Below are positions 1-10,646 of a stretch of 34,989 bases of DNA, in pieces. The DNA is from Sandaracinaceae bacterium (GTDB lineage Bacteria; Myxococcota_A; Polyangia; Polyangiales; Sandaracinaceae), in the NCBI GenBank assembly GCA_050331215.1, contig JBHJHB010000117.1, positions 64,001-98,989 on the forward strand, written 5' to 3'. Every line of letters starts with the position of its first letter. Position 1 is the first letter of the stretch. Both the position numbers and the translations under genes were made by a program. The notes below the pieces were generated by a model, which was given only the letters and a program-made list of their open reading frames with translations, was not told the DNA's origin and ran no database searches.

Positions 1-700
1 ACTATCGCACTCCCAACGCGAGAAAGGTGCTGTTCTGCCTCGAGGAGGTCGCTCTTCCTTACCGGATCCGTTGGGTGGATATCACGCGAGGCGACCAGCA
101 CACCGAGCCCTATCGGCGCATCAACCCGAACGCCAAGATTCCGGCCATCATCGATCACGACGGCCCGGCCGGGGCCCCCCTCACGCTGTTCGAGTCGGGG
201 GCCATCCTACTCTACCTCGCCGAGAAGACCGGGCAGCTCCTCCCCGAGGCCCCTGACCTACGCTACGAGACCCTTCAGTGGGTATTCTGGCAGATGGCCA
301 ACCAGGGGCCGATGCTCGGGCAGGCGACCCACTTCGTCAGCTACGCGCCGAGCCAGGGCATCGAACAGCCCTACGCGCGGAGCCGCTACCTCGGGGAGGC
401 GCGGCGCCTCTACGAGGTGCTCGACGAGCGTCTGACCGGGCGCGAGCACCTCGTGGGCGACGCCTTCTCGATCGCCGACATCGCATGCTGGCCCTGGGTC
501 CGTCCGGCCAAGGGGCAGGGCATCGCGATCGAGGACTACCCGGAGGTCAACCGCTGGAGCGAGGCCCTCGCGGCGCGGCCGGCCGCCCGGGTGAAGCCGA
601 AAGAGGACGAGAGCGCGATGGCGAGGGGCCAGAAGCACACCGAGGCGCAATGGGAGACGCTCTTCCGGACCGCCCCCAGCACGCACGAGGAGAACCGGGA

Positions 701-704
<4 letters not shown>
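1..704 (+). CDS. Glutathione S-transferase (Nu-class/YfcG-like), 5'-partial. The reading frame is open to the window edge.
   Basis: The translation reads ...YRTPNARKVLFCLEEVALPYRIRWVDITRGDQ...NAKIPAIIDHDG...ESGAILLYLAEKTG, matching the GST N-terminal thioredoxin fold and C-terminal domain of YfcG-like GSTs. There is no stop upstream of the listed start at 27, so the true start lies before the window. The TGA stop at 702-704 overlaps the next gene's ATG (ATGA). Confidence 0.8.
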
Positions 705-2110
<1,406 letters not shown>

Positions 2111-2221
2111 TGCCGACCCACGTCTCGCTCCGCGGAGTACCCGGAGCGGGCGAGGGCTCCCCGCTCGCCCGACCGGGGGGCGGCGGTGGACCGAGCCCAC
2201 CGGGCGCGATAAGGCGCGTCG

Positions 2222-3013
2222 GTGGCCCTCGACGTGACGAGCGCGGTCGACGTGGCAGCGGTCGAGGCGGCGATCGGCGGCCTCTATGGCGGCCCGCTGC
2301 CCGAGGCGTCCGGGGTGCTCCACGTGGTCGCCGTCGCGCCGGAGGTCGATGACCTCCGGGTGATCCGCATCAACGAGGAGGCGCCGAAGAGCCCCACGGA
2401 CTTCTTCCTGCTCAACCTGACCCGGGCCCGGGTGGACGGCATCGTCGTCACGGGGGCGATCCTCCGGGACGAGGCGGACCTGACGTACGACCTCCAGGGC
2501 CCCGGCCGCAGCTCCGAGGGCCTGTCCGCCTACCGGCGCGCCGTCGCACGGCGGGCCGGGCCGCCCCTCCTGCTGATCTTGACCCGCGGCCACCACCTGC
2601 CGGAGGACCACCCCGCCTACCACAGCTGGGCCGAGCCGGTCGTGTTCACGAGCGAGCGCGCCGTGCCCCCCCTCCGGCGGACGTTGCCCGCGCGCGTCGA
2701 CGTGGTCGGCGACCCTTCACCCTCCCTCGCGAGCGCCCTGGCGTACCTGGAGCGGCGCCGGGCGTGCCGGGCGGTCAGCGTCGAGGCGGGCCCGAGCGTC
2801 GCGGCGGACCTCTACCGGAGTGGCGGGGCGCCCAGCGTCGACGAGCTTCTCCTGAGCGAGTTCGAGGGGCAGCTGGCGCCGGGGGCGCGCGGCCGGCTGC
2901 TGGGCACCCGGAGCGCCGTGCTCGGGCCGCTGACGCCGGCCGGAGGGCCGACTGCGGTCGAGGAGGACAGCGGCCCCTGGCGCTTCAGCCGCCACGTCCG
3001 TCGAGCGCCCTAG
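2222..3013 (+). CDS. Hypothetical protein (263 aa) with no confidently recognised domain
   Basis: A long ORF with GTG start and GC3-rich codon usage consistent with neighbouring genes. It ends at the TAG (3011-3013) that lies inside the intergenic repeat element. Confidence 0.55.
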   Translation: MALDVTSAVDVAAVEAAIGGLYGGPLPEASGVLHVVAVAPEVDDLRVIRINEEAPKSPTDFFLLNLTRARVDGIVVTGAILRDEADLTYDLQGPGRSSEGLSAYRRAVARRAGPPLLLILTRGHHLPEDHPAYHSWAEPVVFTSERAVPPLRRTLPARVDVVGDPSPSLASALAYLERRRACRAVSVEAGPSVAADLYRSGGAPSVDELLLSEFEGQLAPGARGRLLGTRSAVLGPLTPAGGPTAVEEDSGPWRFSRHVRRAP

Positions 3014-3085
3014 GCACCTGTCTCAGCGATTCGTGCGCCGATGGCTCGCCGGGATGTGCCACTCCCTGCGGTTCCGGGTGACTAG
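3010..3085. repeat. MITE/REP-like intergenic element, short copy (76 bp), with terminal inverted repeats CTAGGCACC ... GGTGACTAG
   Basis: The element fills the whole convergent gap between the stop of the 2222..3013 gene (TAG at 3011-3013) and the stop of the 3082..3615 gene (CTA at 3082-3084). Its left 26 bp (ctaggcacctgtctcagcgattcgtg) and right ~50 bp recur as a reverse complement at 18324..18489. Confidence 0.7.
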
Positions 3086-3615
3086 CCGCCGTGGTCGTCC
3101 AGGAACTGCTGGAGGCTCTGGTTGACGCGCTCGAGGTTGGGCGTGATCAGCCCGACGATGAACTGCTCGAGCTTGGGCCGCAGGCCGCCCGCGAGGAAGC
3201 TCGGCACCCCCGGCACCGTGGCGAGGTCGATCGCCAGGTCCCCGTCCAGCACCACCCGGGTGTGCTCGACGCCGTCCGCGACGAACCGGTTGACGCCCCC
3301 GCAGGTGACGCTGTCGGTGAAGATGCGGAGCTTCAGCCTCCAGTGAACCGCGCCCTCCGCGTCCTTCCAGTGGGCGAAGTCGTCCCAGCGGAGCATCTCC
3401 GGCTTGAGGAAGCCTCGCGCGAAGAACGGCACGTCACGGTCGGCGATCCACTCGTTGTGGATCTTGATCTCGCCGGGGGCGACGTCCTCCCGGGTCTTCT
3501 GGACGATCGCCTTGACGTCGGGGATGTAGGCCGCGATCTCGGGGAGGCGGTCCCGGTAGGCGGCGTACACGGCCTCCTGCGGGTGCGAGATGCGAGACTC
3601 ACTGAAGATGCGCAT
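3082..3615 (-). CDS. Hypothetical protein (177 aa), possibly with an SRPBCC/START-like fold (weak)
   Basis: A clean ORF with ATG start at 3615, divergent from the 3654 gene with only 38 bp between the two starts. I recognise no diagnostic motif. Confidence 0.55.
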   Translation of the reverse strand: MRIFSESRISHPQEAVYAAYRDRLPEIAAYIPDVKAIVQKTREDVAPGEIKIHNEWIADRDVPFFARGFLKPEMLRWDDFAHWKDAEGAVHWRLKLRIFTDSVTCGGVNRFVADGVEHTRVVLDGDLAIDLATVPGVPSFLAGGLRPKLEQFIVGLITPNLERVNQSLQQFLDDHGG

Positions 3616-3653
3616 CGCGGCGAAGCTAGCAGGCGCGTCGCAGGAGGCACGAG

Positions 3654-4499
3654 ATGAACGATGGATGGACGGCCCTCGACCCGACCCTCGGACGCCAGCT
3701 CACGGACGCGCGCTTGGCCGTCCACTGGGCCGCGCAGCTCGCGAGCGCGCCGGGGACGTCCCTCCTACCGCCCGAGGACGACTTCGGCCACACCACGCTC
3801 CGCTGGGACCCGACCGCCGAGGCGCTCCGCGGCGCCGCCCTCCCCGTCGGCCTCGCCGCGGCGCTGCGGCTCGCCCCCTTCACGCTGGCCCTGCTCGAGG
3901 GCGACGGCAGGATCGGTGACGAGCTGCCGCTCGCGGGCCGGACGCTGGACGACGGCCTCCGCTGGCTCACCGAGCGGCTCCGCGAGCACGCCCATGGCGA
4001 CCTGAGGGCCCCGATCGACCGCCCCCGCCACGACCTTCCGAGCCACCCCGTGGAGGCGGGGGCGGCCTTCGACACGCCCGAGCCGCGCCATCTCCGCGAG
4101 CTCGCGGCCTGGTTCGGCAACGCCCAGGCGGCCCTCGAGGAGACGCGCCTCGAGCAGACCGGCACCTCCCCCGTCCGCGTGTGGCCTCACCACTTCGACA
4201 TCGCGGCGCTCAGCGTGCTCGACCCCGAGCTCGACCCGGAGGTGGCGCGCTCCGTCGGCTTTGGCATGGCGCCCGGCGACGCCGGGGTGCCCGAGCCCTA
4301 CTTCTACGTGAACTGCTGGCCGCCGCCCCCGAGCCCGTCGACGCCCGCCCTCGGCCACGGCGAGACCTGGCACACCGAGGGCTGGGTCGGAGCCTCCCTG
4401 GCGAGCTCCGCGCTGAGGGCCGGCGCCGAGCAGGGCGCTCAGGTCCGGGGCTTCCTTCGGGACGCGATCCGCGCCTGCAAGGGAATGCTGCAGCGCTGA
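3654..4499 (+). CDS. Hypothetical protein (281 aa)
   Basis: The ATG at 3654 is preceded by GGAGG (3643-3647) at a 6-nt spacing. I recognise no conserved family. Confidence 0.6.
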   Translation: MNDGWTALDPTLGRQLTDARLAVHWAAQLASAPGTSLLPPEDDFGHTTLRWDPTAEALRGAALPVGLAAALRLAPFTLALLEGDGRIGDELPLAGRTLDDGLRWLTERLREHAHGDLRAPIDRPRHDLPSHPVEAGAAFDTPEPRHLRELAAWFGNAQAALEETRLEQTGTSPVRVWPHHFDIAALSVLDPELDPEVARSVGFGMAPGDAGVPEPYFYVNCWPPPPSPSTPALGHGETWHTEGWVGASLASSALRAGAEQGAQVRGFLRDAIRACKGMLQR

Positions 4500-4564
4500 G
4501 CGCGACGCCGGTCCCGCGCCTGTCGGCGTCGAGCGAGACCGGGGCCCGCGGGCGCGTCGGGCGC

Positions 4565-5221
4565 TCAGGCCCCCGAGCCGACCCGGCCCGGACCGCCGTT
4601 CGGGCCCTCCCGGCCGATCCGGCCCTCCCGGCCGATCCGGATCAACCGAAACGTCAGGTTGAGGCGCGGCCCCACCGGCCGCTTCGTCCTGGGCACCCGA
4701 TGCGTGTAGTGGCGCTGGGTCGTGCCACCCATCACCAGGAGGCTGCCCTCCCCGAGGTCCCAGGCGTGCCGGTCGCCCCGGTCGCGCCGGTGGCGGAGGT
4801 GGAAGCGCCGGCGCGCGCCGAGGCTCACGCTCGCGATCCGCTTGTCGTCGTCGGCCGGACCGAGCTCCGGCTCGTCGTCCGCGTGCTCGCCCATCGCGTC
4901 CCGGCCGTCGCGGTAGTAGTTGACCAGAACGCTGTTGAAGCGGACGCCGACCGCGTCCGCGAGGCGGTCGCGGAGCGCCTCCAGGTCTTCACCGAAAGGG
5001 TGCGGCTCGAAGGTCCGTCCGCTGTAGCGGTAGAGGGCGCCAGGCTCGCCGTGCCAGCTCGTGAGCCGCGGGCTCGGCCAGCGGCGGCCGGCGACCACGA
5101 CCGTCTCCTGCACGAGGGGCAGTCGATCGACCAGGCGCGCCAGGAGCCCCTGGTGGTCGGGGACGAAGCCCTCTCGAAAGCCGACCCATCCACCGTCCGC
5201 GAGCGCTCGGCGATCCCACAT
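4565..5221 (-). CDS. alkB: AlkB-family Fe(II)/2-oxoglutarate-dependent dioxygenase (DNA/RNA alkylation repair)
   Basis: Two AlkB signatures are present: NSVLVNYYRDGRDAMGEHADDE (the H-x-D iron-binding motif in the AlkB context) and a C-terminal RLNLTFR (2OG-binding Arg). The C-terminal tail contains an in-frame perfect 18-bp tandem duplication (4603-4638) encoding (I)GREGRIGREG. Confidence 0.8.
   Translation of the reverse strand: MWDRRALADGGWVGFREGFVPDHQGLLARLVDRLPLVQETVVVAGRRWPSPRLTSWHGEPGALYRYSGRTFEPHPFGEDLEALRDRLADAVGVRFNSVLVNYYRDGRDAMGEHADDEPELGPADDDKRIASVSLGARRRFHLRHRRDRGDRHAWDLGEGSLLVMGGTTQRHYTHRVPRTKRPVGPRLNLTFRLIRIGREGRIGREGPNGGPGRVGSGA
4603..4638. repeat. Perfect 18-bp tandem duplication (ggccctcccggccgatcc x2) inside the 3' end of the AlkB-like gene
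   Basis: Direct reading: the two copies are 4603-4620 and 4621-4638. On the minus strand they encode (I)GREGRIGREG in the C-terminal tail. Confidence 0.8.
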
Positions 5222-5334
5222 GAGGGGAGGCTTCGACCGGCCGGAGGATCCGGCAAGGGCTCCCGGCGGCCGGACCGGGTGGCGGGCCCATGGGAGGAGG
5301 CGGCGGGCCGCGGCGCTGCTAGGGTCTCGCTGCC

Positions 5335-6279
5335 ATGGCGAGCCGATGGACCCCGGCGGACCTGCCGGACCTGGTGGGGCGGACCGTCTTGATCACCGGA
5401 GCCAACAGCGGCATCGGCTTCGAGGCAGCCGGCCACCTCGCCGGCGCCGGGGCCCACGTCGTGCTGGCCTGCCGGAACGGGGCCAAGGCGCAGACCGCAG
5501 CCGAGCGGATCCGCGGAGCCCACCCCGAGGCGAGGACGGAGGTCCTGCTCCTCGACCTCGCCGACCTCGACGCGGTCCGCCAGGCGGCCGGGCGGTTCGG
5601 CTCGGGCCATGATCGCCTCGACGTCCTCGTCAACAACGCCGGGGTCATGGCGCTCCCCCACCGCACGACGACCGATGGCTTCGAGATGCAGCTCGGGACC
5701 AATCACCTCGGCCACTTCGCGCTGACGGGGCTCCTCCTGCCGTCGCTCCTGGCCGCGGAAGCTCCGCGCGTCGTCACCGTGTCGAGCGGCGCCCATCGCT
5801 TCGGACGCATCGCCTTCGACGACCTCCAGAGCCAGCAGTCCTACTCCCGGTGGGGCGCCTACGGGCAGAGCAAGCTCGCGAACCTGCTGTTCACCCTCGA
5901 GCTCTCACGCCAGGCGGAGGCGGCGGGCACCCCGCTCCGCGCGGTGGCCTGCCACCCCGGCTACTCCGCGACGAACCTGCAGCGCACCGGGCCCCGGATG
6001 GCCGGCCGGGGGCTCGAGGAGGCGCTGTTCCAGCTGACCAACCGCCTCTTCGCGCAGAGCGCGGACCGCGGATCGTGGCCTACCCTATACGCTGCGACGA
6101 TGGACGTGGACAACGGGGCCTACATCGGGCCCGGGGGGCTCCTCGAGGTGGCGGGGCCACCCCAGCGCGTCGGGCGAAGCGAGCGGGCCCGTAACGAGGA
6201 GACGGCCCGGCGCCTATGGAGGGTCAGCGAAGAGCTCACCGGCGTCACCTTCCGCTGGCCGAGGACGGCCCGCGCATGA
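5335..6279 (+). CDS. Short-chain dehydrogenase/reductase (SDR) family oxidoreductase
   Basis: The protein has the TGANSGIG Rossmann motif, an NNAG motif, and a Y...K catalytic pair (YGQSK). This is the typical retinol-dehydrogenase-like SDR architecture. Confidence 0.88.
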   Translation: MASRWTPADLPDLVGRTVLITGANSGIGFEAAGHLAGAGAHVVLACRNGAKAQTAAERIRGAHPEARTEVLLLDLADLDAVRQAAGRFGSGHDRLDVLVNNAGVMALPHRTTTDGFEMQLGTNHLGHFALTGLLLPSLLAAEAPRVVTVSSGAHRFGRIAFDDLQSQQSYSRWGAYGQSKLANLLFTLELSRQAEAAGTPLRAVACHPGYSATNLQRTGPRMAGRGLEEALFQLTNRLFAQSADRGSWPTLYAATMDVDNGAYIGPGGLLEVAGPPQRVGRSERARNEETARRLWRVSEELTGVTFRWPRTARA

Positions 6280-6343
6280 CGCCGGGACTCGAACCCGTTG
6301 CACCTGGTCGGACACGCACGTTCGACCCAAGGAGGTAAGCAAG

Positions 6344-6988
6344 ATGTTCTTCCTCAAGAAGAAGGTCACGATGCCCACGCGGGAGGACGCCCTCCCGGGC
6401 CGGCAGGCGAAGATGACGGTCCCGGCCCGCCACGCGGTCCTCGACGCGCCGCTCGACGCGCCCTTCGAGGGCCTCGAGGTAGCCGTGTTCGGCATGGGCT
6501 GCTTCTGGGGCGCGGAGCGGCTCTTCTGGCAGAGGCCGGGGGGCGTGAGCACCTCGGTCGGCTACGCCGGCGGCTTCACCGAGAACCCGACGTACGAGGA
6601 GGTGTGCTCGGGCCGCACCGGCCACACGGAGGTCGTCCGGGTGGTGTTCGACCCGGCCCGGGTCAGCTTCGACGAGCTGCTCCGCCTCTTCTGGGAGGGC
6701 CACGACCCGACCCAGGGGATGCGCCAGGGCAACGACGTCGGCACCCAGTACCGCAGCGCCATCCTCGTCGCGAACGACGAGCAGCGCGCGGCCGCCGAGG
6801 ACTCCCGCAAGGCCTACCAGGAGGCCCTCGAGGCGAAGGGCTACGGCGAGATCACGACGGTGATCGCGGACGCCGGGCCCTACTACTTCGCCGAGGCCTA
6901 CCACCAGCAGTACCTCCACAAGAACCCGGGCGGCTACTGCGGCATCGGGGGCACCGGGGTCAGCTGCCCGGTCGGGCTGACCGCCTGA
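6344..6988 (+). CDS. msrA: Peptide-methionine (S)-S-oxide reductase MsrA
   Basis: The protein has the catalytic GCFWG motif and is near-collinear with E. coli MsrA ([61 protein letters not shown]). A strong RBS, AAGGAGG, lies 8 nt upstream of ATG 6344. Confidence 0.93.
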   Translation: MFFLKKKVTMPTREDALPGRQAKMTVPARHAVLDAPLDAPFEGLEVAVFGMGCFWGAERLFWQRPGGVSTSVGYAGGFTENPTYEEVCSGRTGHTEVVRVVFDPARVSFDELLRLFWEGHDPTQGMRQGNDVGTQYRSAILVANDEQRAAAEDSRKAYQEALEAKGYGEITTVIADAGPYYFAEAYHQQYLHKNPGGYCGIGGTGVSCPVGLTA

Positions 6989-7043
6989 CCGGCGGACGGG
7001 TCGGCGGCGCCAGAGCGGAGCCTCCGGCCCACCCCTCCTGGCC

Positions 7044-7916
7044 ATGACCGGGCTCGGCCTCGCCCTCGCCGGGTCGCTCTCCTGGGCCGCCCTCGACGCG
7101 ACCCGGAAGGCCCTCGTCGGCCGGATGGAGCCGACCACGGCGGCCGGCTGGCTCGCCCTGCTGCCCGCGCCCCTGTTCTGGGCCTGGTGGGGCCTCGACG
7201 GGGCGCTGGGCGGGGCGCCGTTCGCGCCGGATCCCGGCTACTGGAGGCTCGGCGCGGCGATCCTCGCCATGCAGACCGTGGCGAACGCGCTCCTGCTCCG
7301 CGCCCTGAGCGCGTCGCCGTTGAGCGCGACGATCCCGTTCCTCAGCCTCACGCCGGCCTTCACGTCCCTCGTGGCGCTCGTCGCGCTCGGCGAGCACCCG
7401 TCTCTCGCCCAGTGGGTCGGCATCGCGCTGGTGACCGTCGGCGCCTTGCTGGTCAACGCGGTCCGGGGCGTCGACCCCTTCACCGCGCTCTGGCGCGAGC
7501 CGGGCAGCCGCATGGTCGTCCTCGTGGCGGCGCTCTGGTCGATCACGGGGACCCTCGACAAGGTGGCCCTCGAGCTCTCGTCGGTGCCGTTCCACGGGGC
7601 GGTGCAGGCGAGCGGGGTGGGGCTCATCCTGCTCGCGATCGTGCGTCTGCGGCGCGGGCCGGGCAGCCTGACCGTGCCGCGGCCGGCCCGGACGTGGCTC
7701 CTCGTGTCGGGGCTGCTCGCGGCCGGCGCGATCGGCCTTCAGCTCGCCGCGATCCGCCTGGTGCTGGTGGGCGTGGTGGAGGCTCTCAAGCGGGCGATCG
7801 GGCTGGCGTCGAGCGTGCTGGTGGGACGGATCGCGTTCGAGGAGCCGCTGACGGCGGCGCGCCTCGTCGCGGTGGTCGTGATGGCGATCGGGAGCGCGCT
7901 GCTCACCCTGGGGTGA
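7044..7916 (+). CDS. EamA/DMT-family transporter (inner-membrane permease)
   Basis: The protein is about 290 aa and highly hydrophobic, with roughly 10 predicted TM segments. It contains the duplicated EamA-like halves. Confidence 0.7.
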   Translation: MTGLGLALAGSLSWAALDATRKALVGRMEPTTAAGWLALLPAPLFWAWWGLDGALGGAPFAPDPGYWRLGAAILAMQTVANALLLRALSASPLSATIPFLSLTPAFTSLVALVALGEHPSLAQWVGIALVTVGALLVNAVRGVDPFTALWREPGSRMVVLVAALWSITGTLDKVALELSSVPFHGAVQASGVGLILLAIVRLRRGPGSLTVPRPARTWLLVSGLLAAGAIGLQLAAIRLVLVGVVEALKRAIGLASSVLVGRIAFEEPLTAARLVAVVVMAIGSALLTLG

Positions 7917-7932
7917 TCCCGCCCGCGTGGGC

Positions 7933-10623
7933 TCAATACTCGACGCGTACGCCGCCCTGGACGAGGAAGGGGCGGTTCGGGCGCGCCCCGAACGGCCGGG
8001 TCGAGACGATCCGCTGCGTGAAGGTCAGGTTCTCGCCCCGGACGTAGACCCGCAGGTTCTCGAAGACCTGCAGGTACACCGTCGCGTCGAGCAGGAAATA
8101 GGGCTGCGTCTTCGTCTCGAGGCCGTCGCCGTCGACGTCGGTCCCATCGCCGATGTCCGACTCCGGGGTGCCCCTCCCCGCCTGCTCCCACATCGACGAC
8201 ACGAAGGACCCGCTGATCGAGGCCCCCGCCCTCTCCCCCTCCACGCCCGCCTGCAGCGTGAGCTGGTGCGGCGGGATGTAGGGGATGCGGTCGCCGACCC
8301 GGAAGTTGCCGAGGAGCGGGTCGCCCGTGTCCTCGGCCGTCCGCAGCTCGGTGAACACGTAGGTGTAGGCGAGGCGGAGGGGAAAGGCGACCGAGCCGAC
8401 CGTCGGCCGGCTGTCCGCGGCCACCTCGGCGCCGAGCACGTTGGCGGCGCCCGCGTTGGTCTGCTGGCCGATCGCATCGTCCGGGCACCCGGTCGCGAAG
8501 CTGCAGATCACGGTCAGGTTGGAGTAGTCGTTGAAGAAGAAGATCGCCGACGCGCGGGTCCGGCTCTCCTCGTGGCGGTAGCGCACGCCCGCCTCGTACA
8601 GCACGGACCGCTCGGGCTCCGCGTCCCCGCCCGTGCTGGGCGCGGCCGGGCTGAAGCCCCGCTGGACCCCGCCCACGAGGGAGAGCCCGTCGATCAGCTC
8701 CCAGGCCGCCGAGATCCCCGGCAGGACGCCGACCTGCTGGTCGTCCCCCTGCGCCCCGGCGAGCCGGTCGAGGAACCGCGTCCAGATCAGCTCGAGGCGG
8801 ATGCCCGGGGTCACGGTCAGGCCTCGCCAGCGGAGCGTCCAGGCGGTGTAGGCGCTCACCGCGAAGGCCTCCGCCGTGTTGTCCGCGGTCTGCCCGAAGG
8901 TGTTGTCCTGCTCCTGGAGCACGCGCTCGTCGTCGAGGAGGAACTCGGCCTGGGTGTGGTCCCGGGTCACCGTGTCCCAGTGGAAGCGCGCCCCGAAGCG
9001 CGCCTGGTGCTCGACCTCCCCCGTGCCGAGGCGGAGCGTGGCGTCGCTCTGGATCCCCTGCGACGCATACCGCCGGCCGTTGTTGCCGATCAGGAGAGGC
9101 CGGGTCGGGTCGGACGAGGTCCCCTCCACGACCCGAAAGAAGGGCTCGTTGGTCGCCGTGTCGGGCCGAAGGAGCACGTCCCGCAGGTCCGCCCCGGCCA
9201 CCCCGTTCACCTTGAACCAGTCCCGGTCGAAGTCGTGGCGATAGGCGGTGGTTCGCAGCTGGAAGCCCTCGCCGACCTCGAGGGTCCAGCGAAGCTGGGC
9301 CTGGGTCCGCCACCAGCGCATGCGGTCGAGGCCGCTCGTCCCGTACCGCCGGTAGGGGCCGTCCCGGAAGTCGCCTTCGGTGAGCCCGAGGTACGTCTCG
9401 TGCGAGCTCTCCAGGGTGAGCCCGAGCCGCGCCTCCAGGGTCTGGTAGACGTTGTCCCCGGTCGCGCCGCGCACGTCCCCGCGCAAGATGATCTCGCCTC
9501 GGTCGAAGCCCGTGCTGCCGTTGCCGCCCGCGGGGAAGTCGAGGTTCTTGAAGCCGTCGCTGTGGAGGTAGAGGCCCTCGACCAGGAAGCCGCCCCACTC
9601 GTTCGAGGTGCCGCCGTAGGCGTGCGCGCGGCCGGTCAGGTAGCTGCCGAGGGAGAGGTCCACGCCCGCGTGCGGCTCCCGCGGGATCGGGCGGCTCCGC
9701 CAGTCGATCGCCCCCGCCACCAGGTACGGCCCGTAGGGCAGCGCGGCCGGGCCCAGGTAGACGTCCATGCCGACCATGCGGCCCAGGAGCGGAAAGAAGT
9801 AGGCGCTCGGGGCGCTGTAGGGGGCAGGGCCGAAGAGCACCCCGTCCTCCATCAAGGTGATCTTGCGGCTCCGCTGCGGGCTCACCCCGCGCATGCCGAT
9901 GTTCGGGCGAAGCCCGAAGCCGTCCTCCATCTGGACGTAGACGCCCGGAACCTGGAGCACCTGGGCGTGGGGGTCGTCGTAGCGGAAGCGCGCCAGCGCC
10001 TCCTCGTCCAGGCGGTAGACGCTCGGACCGAGGGGGTCCGGCTCCTCCGTATCGAGGGCGGCGGCCGCTACGGTGACCGCGACCTCCATGTCCTCGTCCT
10101 CGTCGTCGAGGATCTCGGCGAGCTCCGCGTCCTCGCCGACGCCCTCGGCGTCGCGCGCGGCGCCCTCCGCGTCGCGGTCGGTGCCGTCGTCGGACGGGAG
10201 GTCGCCCAGCACGTCGTCGTCGGAGAGCTCCCCCAGCGCATCGTCACCCGGGCCCGCGGCCTCCCCCGGCGCGTCGTCGCCCGGCGCGTCGCCGTGGGGG
10301 GGCGCGCCCGCCACGTCGCTACCGGGCGCGTCGCCGGGGGGAGGCGCGCCCGGCGCGTCGTCGCCCGGCGCGTCATCGCCCGGGGGCTCGCCCGCCACGT
10401 CGTCGTTCGGGGGCTCGCCCGGCACGTCGTCCGGGCGGTCGGTCTCGGCGCCGCCCCTCGAGCCATCCTCCTCGGCGGGGCCGTCGGGACGGTCGCCCCC
10501 GGCGCGCTCGACGCCCGCGTCAGCGTCGGGCTGACCCAGCGCCCGGGGGGCGGGGAAGCACAGCGCCGGGACGCACAGCGCCGAGACGCACAGCGCCACG
10601 GCCACCGCCCAGCCCCGCAGCAC
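7933..10623 (-). CDS. TonB-dependent outer-membrane receptor with an unusual acidic low-complexity N-terminal extension
   Basis: The plug domain is recognisable (PGVYVQMEDGFGLRPNIGMRGVSPQRSRKITLMEDGVLFGPAPY) and is followed by a long beta-barrel ending ...GGVRVEY. I chose the GTG at 10623 as the start. It gives the signal peptide VLRGWAVAVALCVSALCVPALCFPAPRALG and avoids a 79-bp same-strand overlap with the upstream HTTM gene. The ORF track's ATG at 10725 is the alternative. About 150 aa of D/E/G/P-rich repeats (GDDAPG-like) lie between the signal peptide and the plug. Confidence 0.85.
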   Translation of the reverse strand: MLRGWAVAVALCVSALCVPALCFPAPRALGQPDADAGVERAGGDRPDGPAEEDGSRGGAETDRPDDVPGEPPNDDVAGEPPGDDAPGDDAPGAPPPGDAPGSDVAGAPPHGDAPGDDAPGEAAGPGDDALGELSDDDVLGDLPSDDGTDRDAEGAARDAEGVGEDAELAEILDDEDEDMEVAVTVAAAALDTEEPDPLGPSVYRLDEEALARFRYDDPHAQVLQVPGVYVQMEDGFGLRPNIGMRGVSPQRSRKITLMEDGVLFGPAPYSAPSAYFFPLLGRMVGMDVYLGPAALPYGPYLVAGAIDWRSRPIPREPHAGVDLSLGSYLTGRAHAYGGTSNEWGGFLVEGLYLHSDGFKNLDFPAGGNGSTGFDRGEIILRGDVRGATGDNVYQTLEARLGLTLESSHETYLGLTEGDFRDGPYRRYGTSGLDRMRWWRTQAQLRWTLEVGEGFQLRTTAYRHDFDRDWFKVNGVAGADLRDVLLRPDTATNEPFFRVVEGTSSDPTRPLLIGNNGRRYASQGIQSDATLRLGTGEVEHQARFGARFHWDTVTRDHTQAEFLLDDERVLQEQDNTFGQTADNTAEAFAVSAYTAWTLRWRGLTVTPGIRLELIWTRFLDRLAGAQGDDQQVGVLPGISAAWELIDGLSLVGGVQRGFSPAAPSTGGDAEPERSVLYEAGVRYRHEESRTRASAIFFFNDYSNLTVICSFATGCPDDAIGQQTNAGAANVLGAEVAADSRPTVGSVAFPLRLAYTYVFTELRTAEDTGDPLLGNFRVGDRIPYIPPHQLTLQAGVEGERAGASISGSFVSSMWEQAGRGTPESDIGDGTDVDGDGLETKTQPYFLLDATVYLQVFENLRVYVRGENLTFTQRIVSTRPFGARPNRPFLVQGGVRVEY
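10070..10460. repeat. In-frame imperfect tandem DNA repeats inside the TonB-receptor gene, encoding the acidic DDxPG(E/A)PP low-complexity linker
   Basis: Variants of ggcgcgtcgtcgcccggcgcgtc recur many times on the plus strand. On the minus strand the translation is ...PGDDAPGDDAPGAPPPGDAPGSDVAGAPPHGDAPGDDAPGEAAGPGDD.... A separate 15-bp x3 repeat (gcacagcgccgNgac, about 10557-10605) encodes part of the signal peptide. Confidence 0.7.
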
Positions 10624-10646
10624 CCGCGCCCCGATGCACCTCCGGC

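Noticed and set aside
2147-2170. GC-rich hairpin (CGGGCGAG-8nt-CTCGCCCG) about 35 bp after the aldehyde dehydrogenase stop
   Set aside because: It could be an intrinsic terminator, but there is no U-tract and GC-rich DNA produces such stems by chance. I left it unannotated.
4500-4564. Inverted repeat GACGCCG...CGGCGTC in the convergent gap between the 3654 gene and alkB
   Set aside because: A possible bidirectional terminator, but the evidence is weak: a 7-bp stem, a 13-nt loop and no U-tract.
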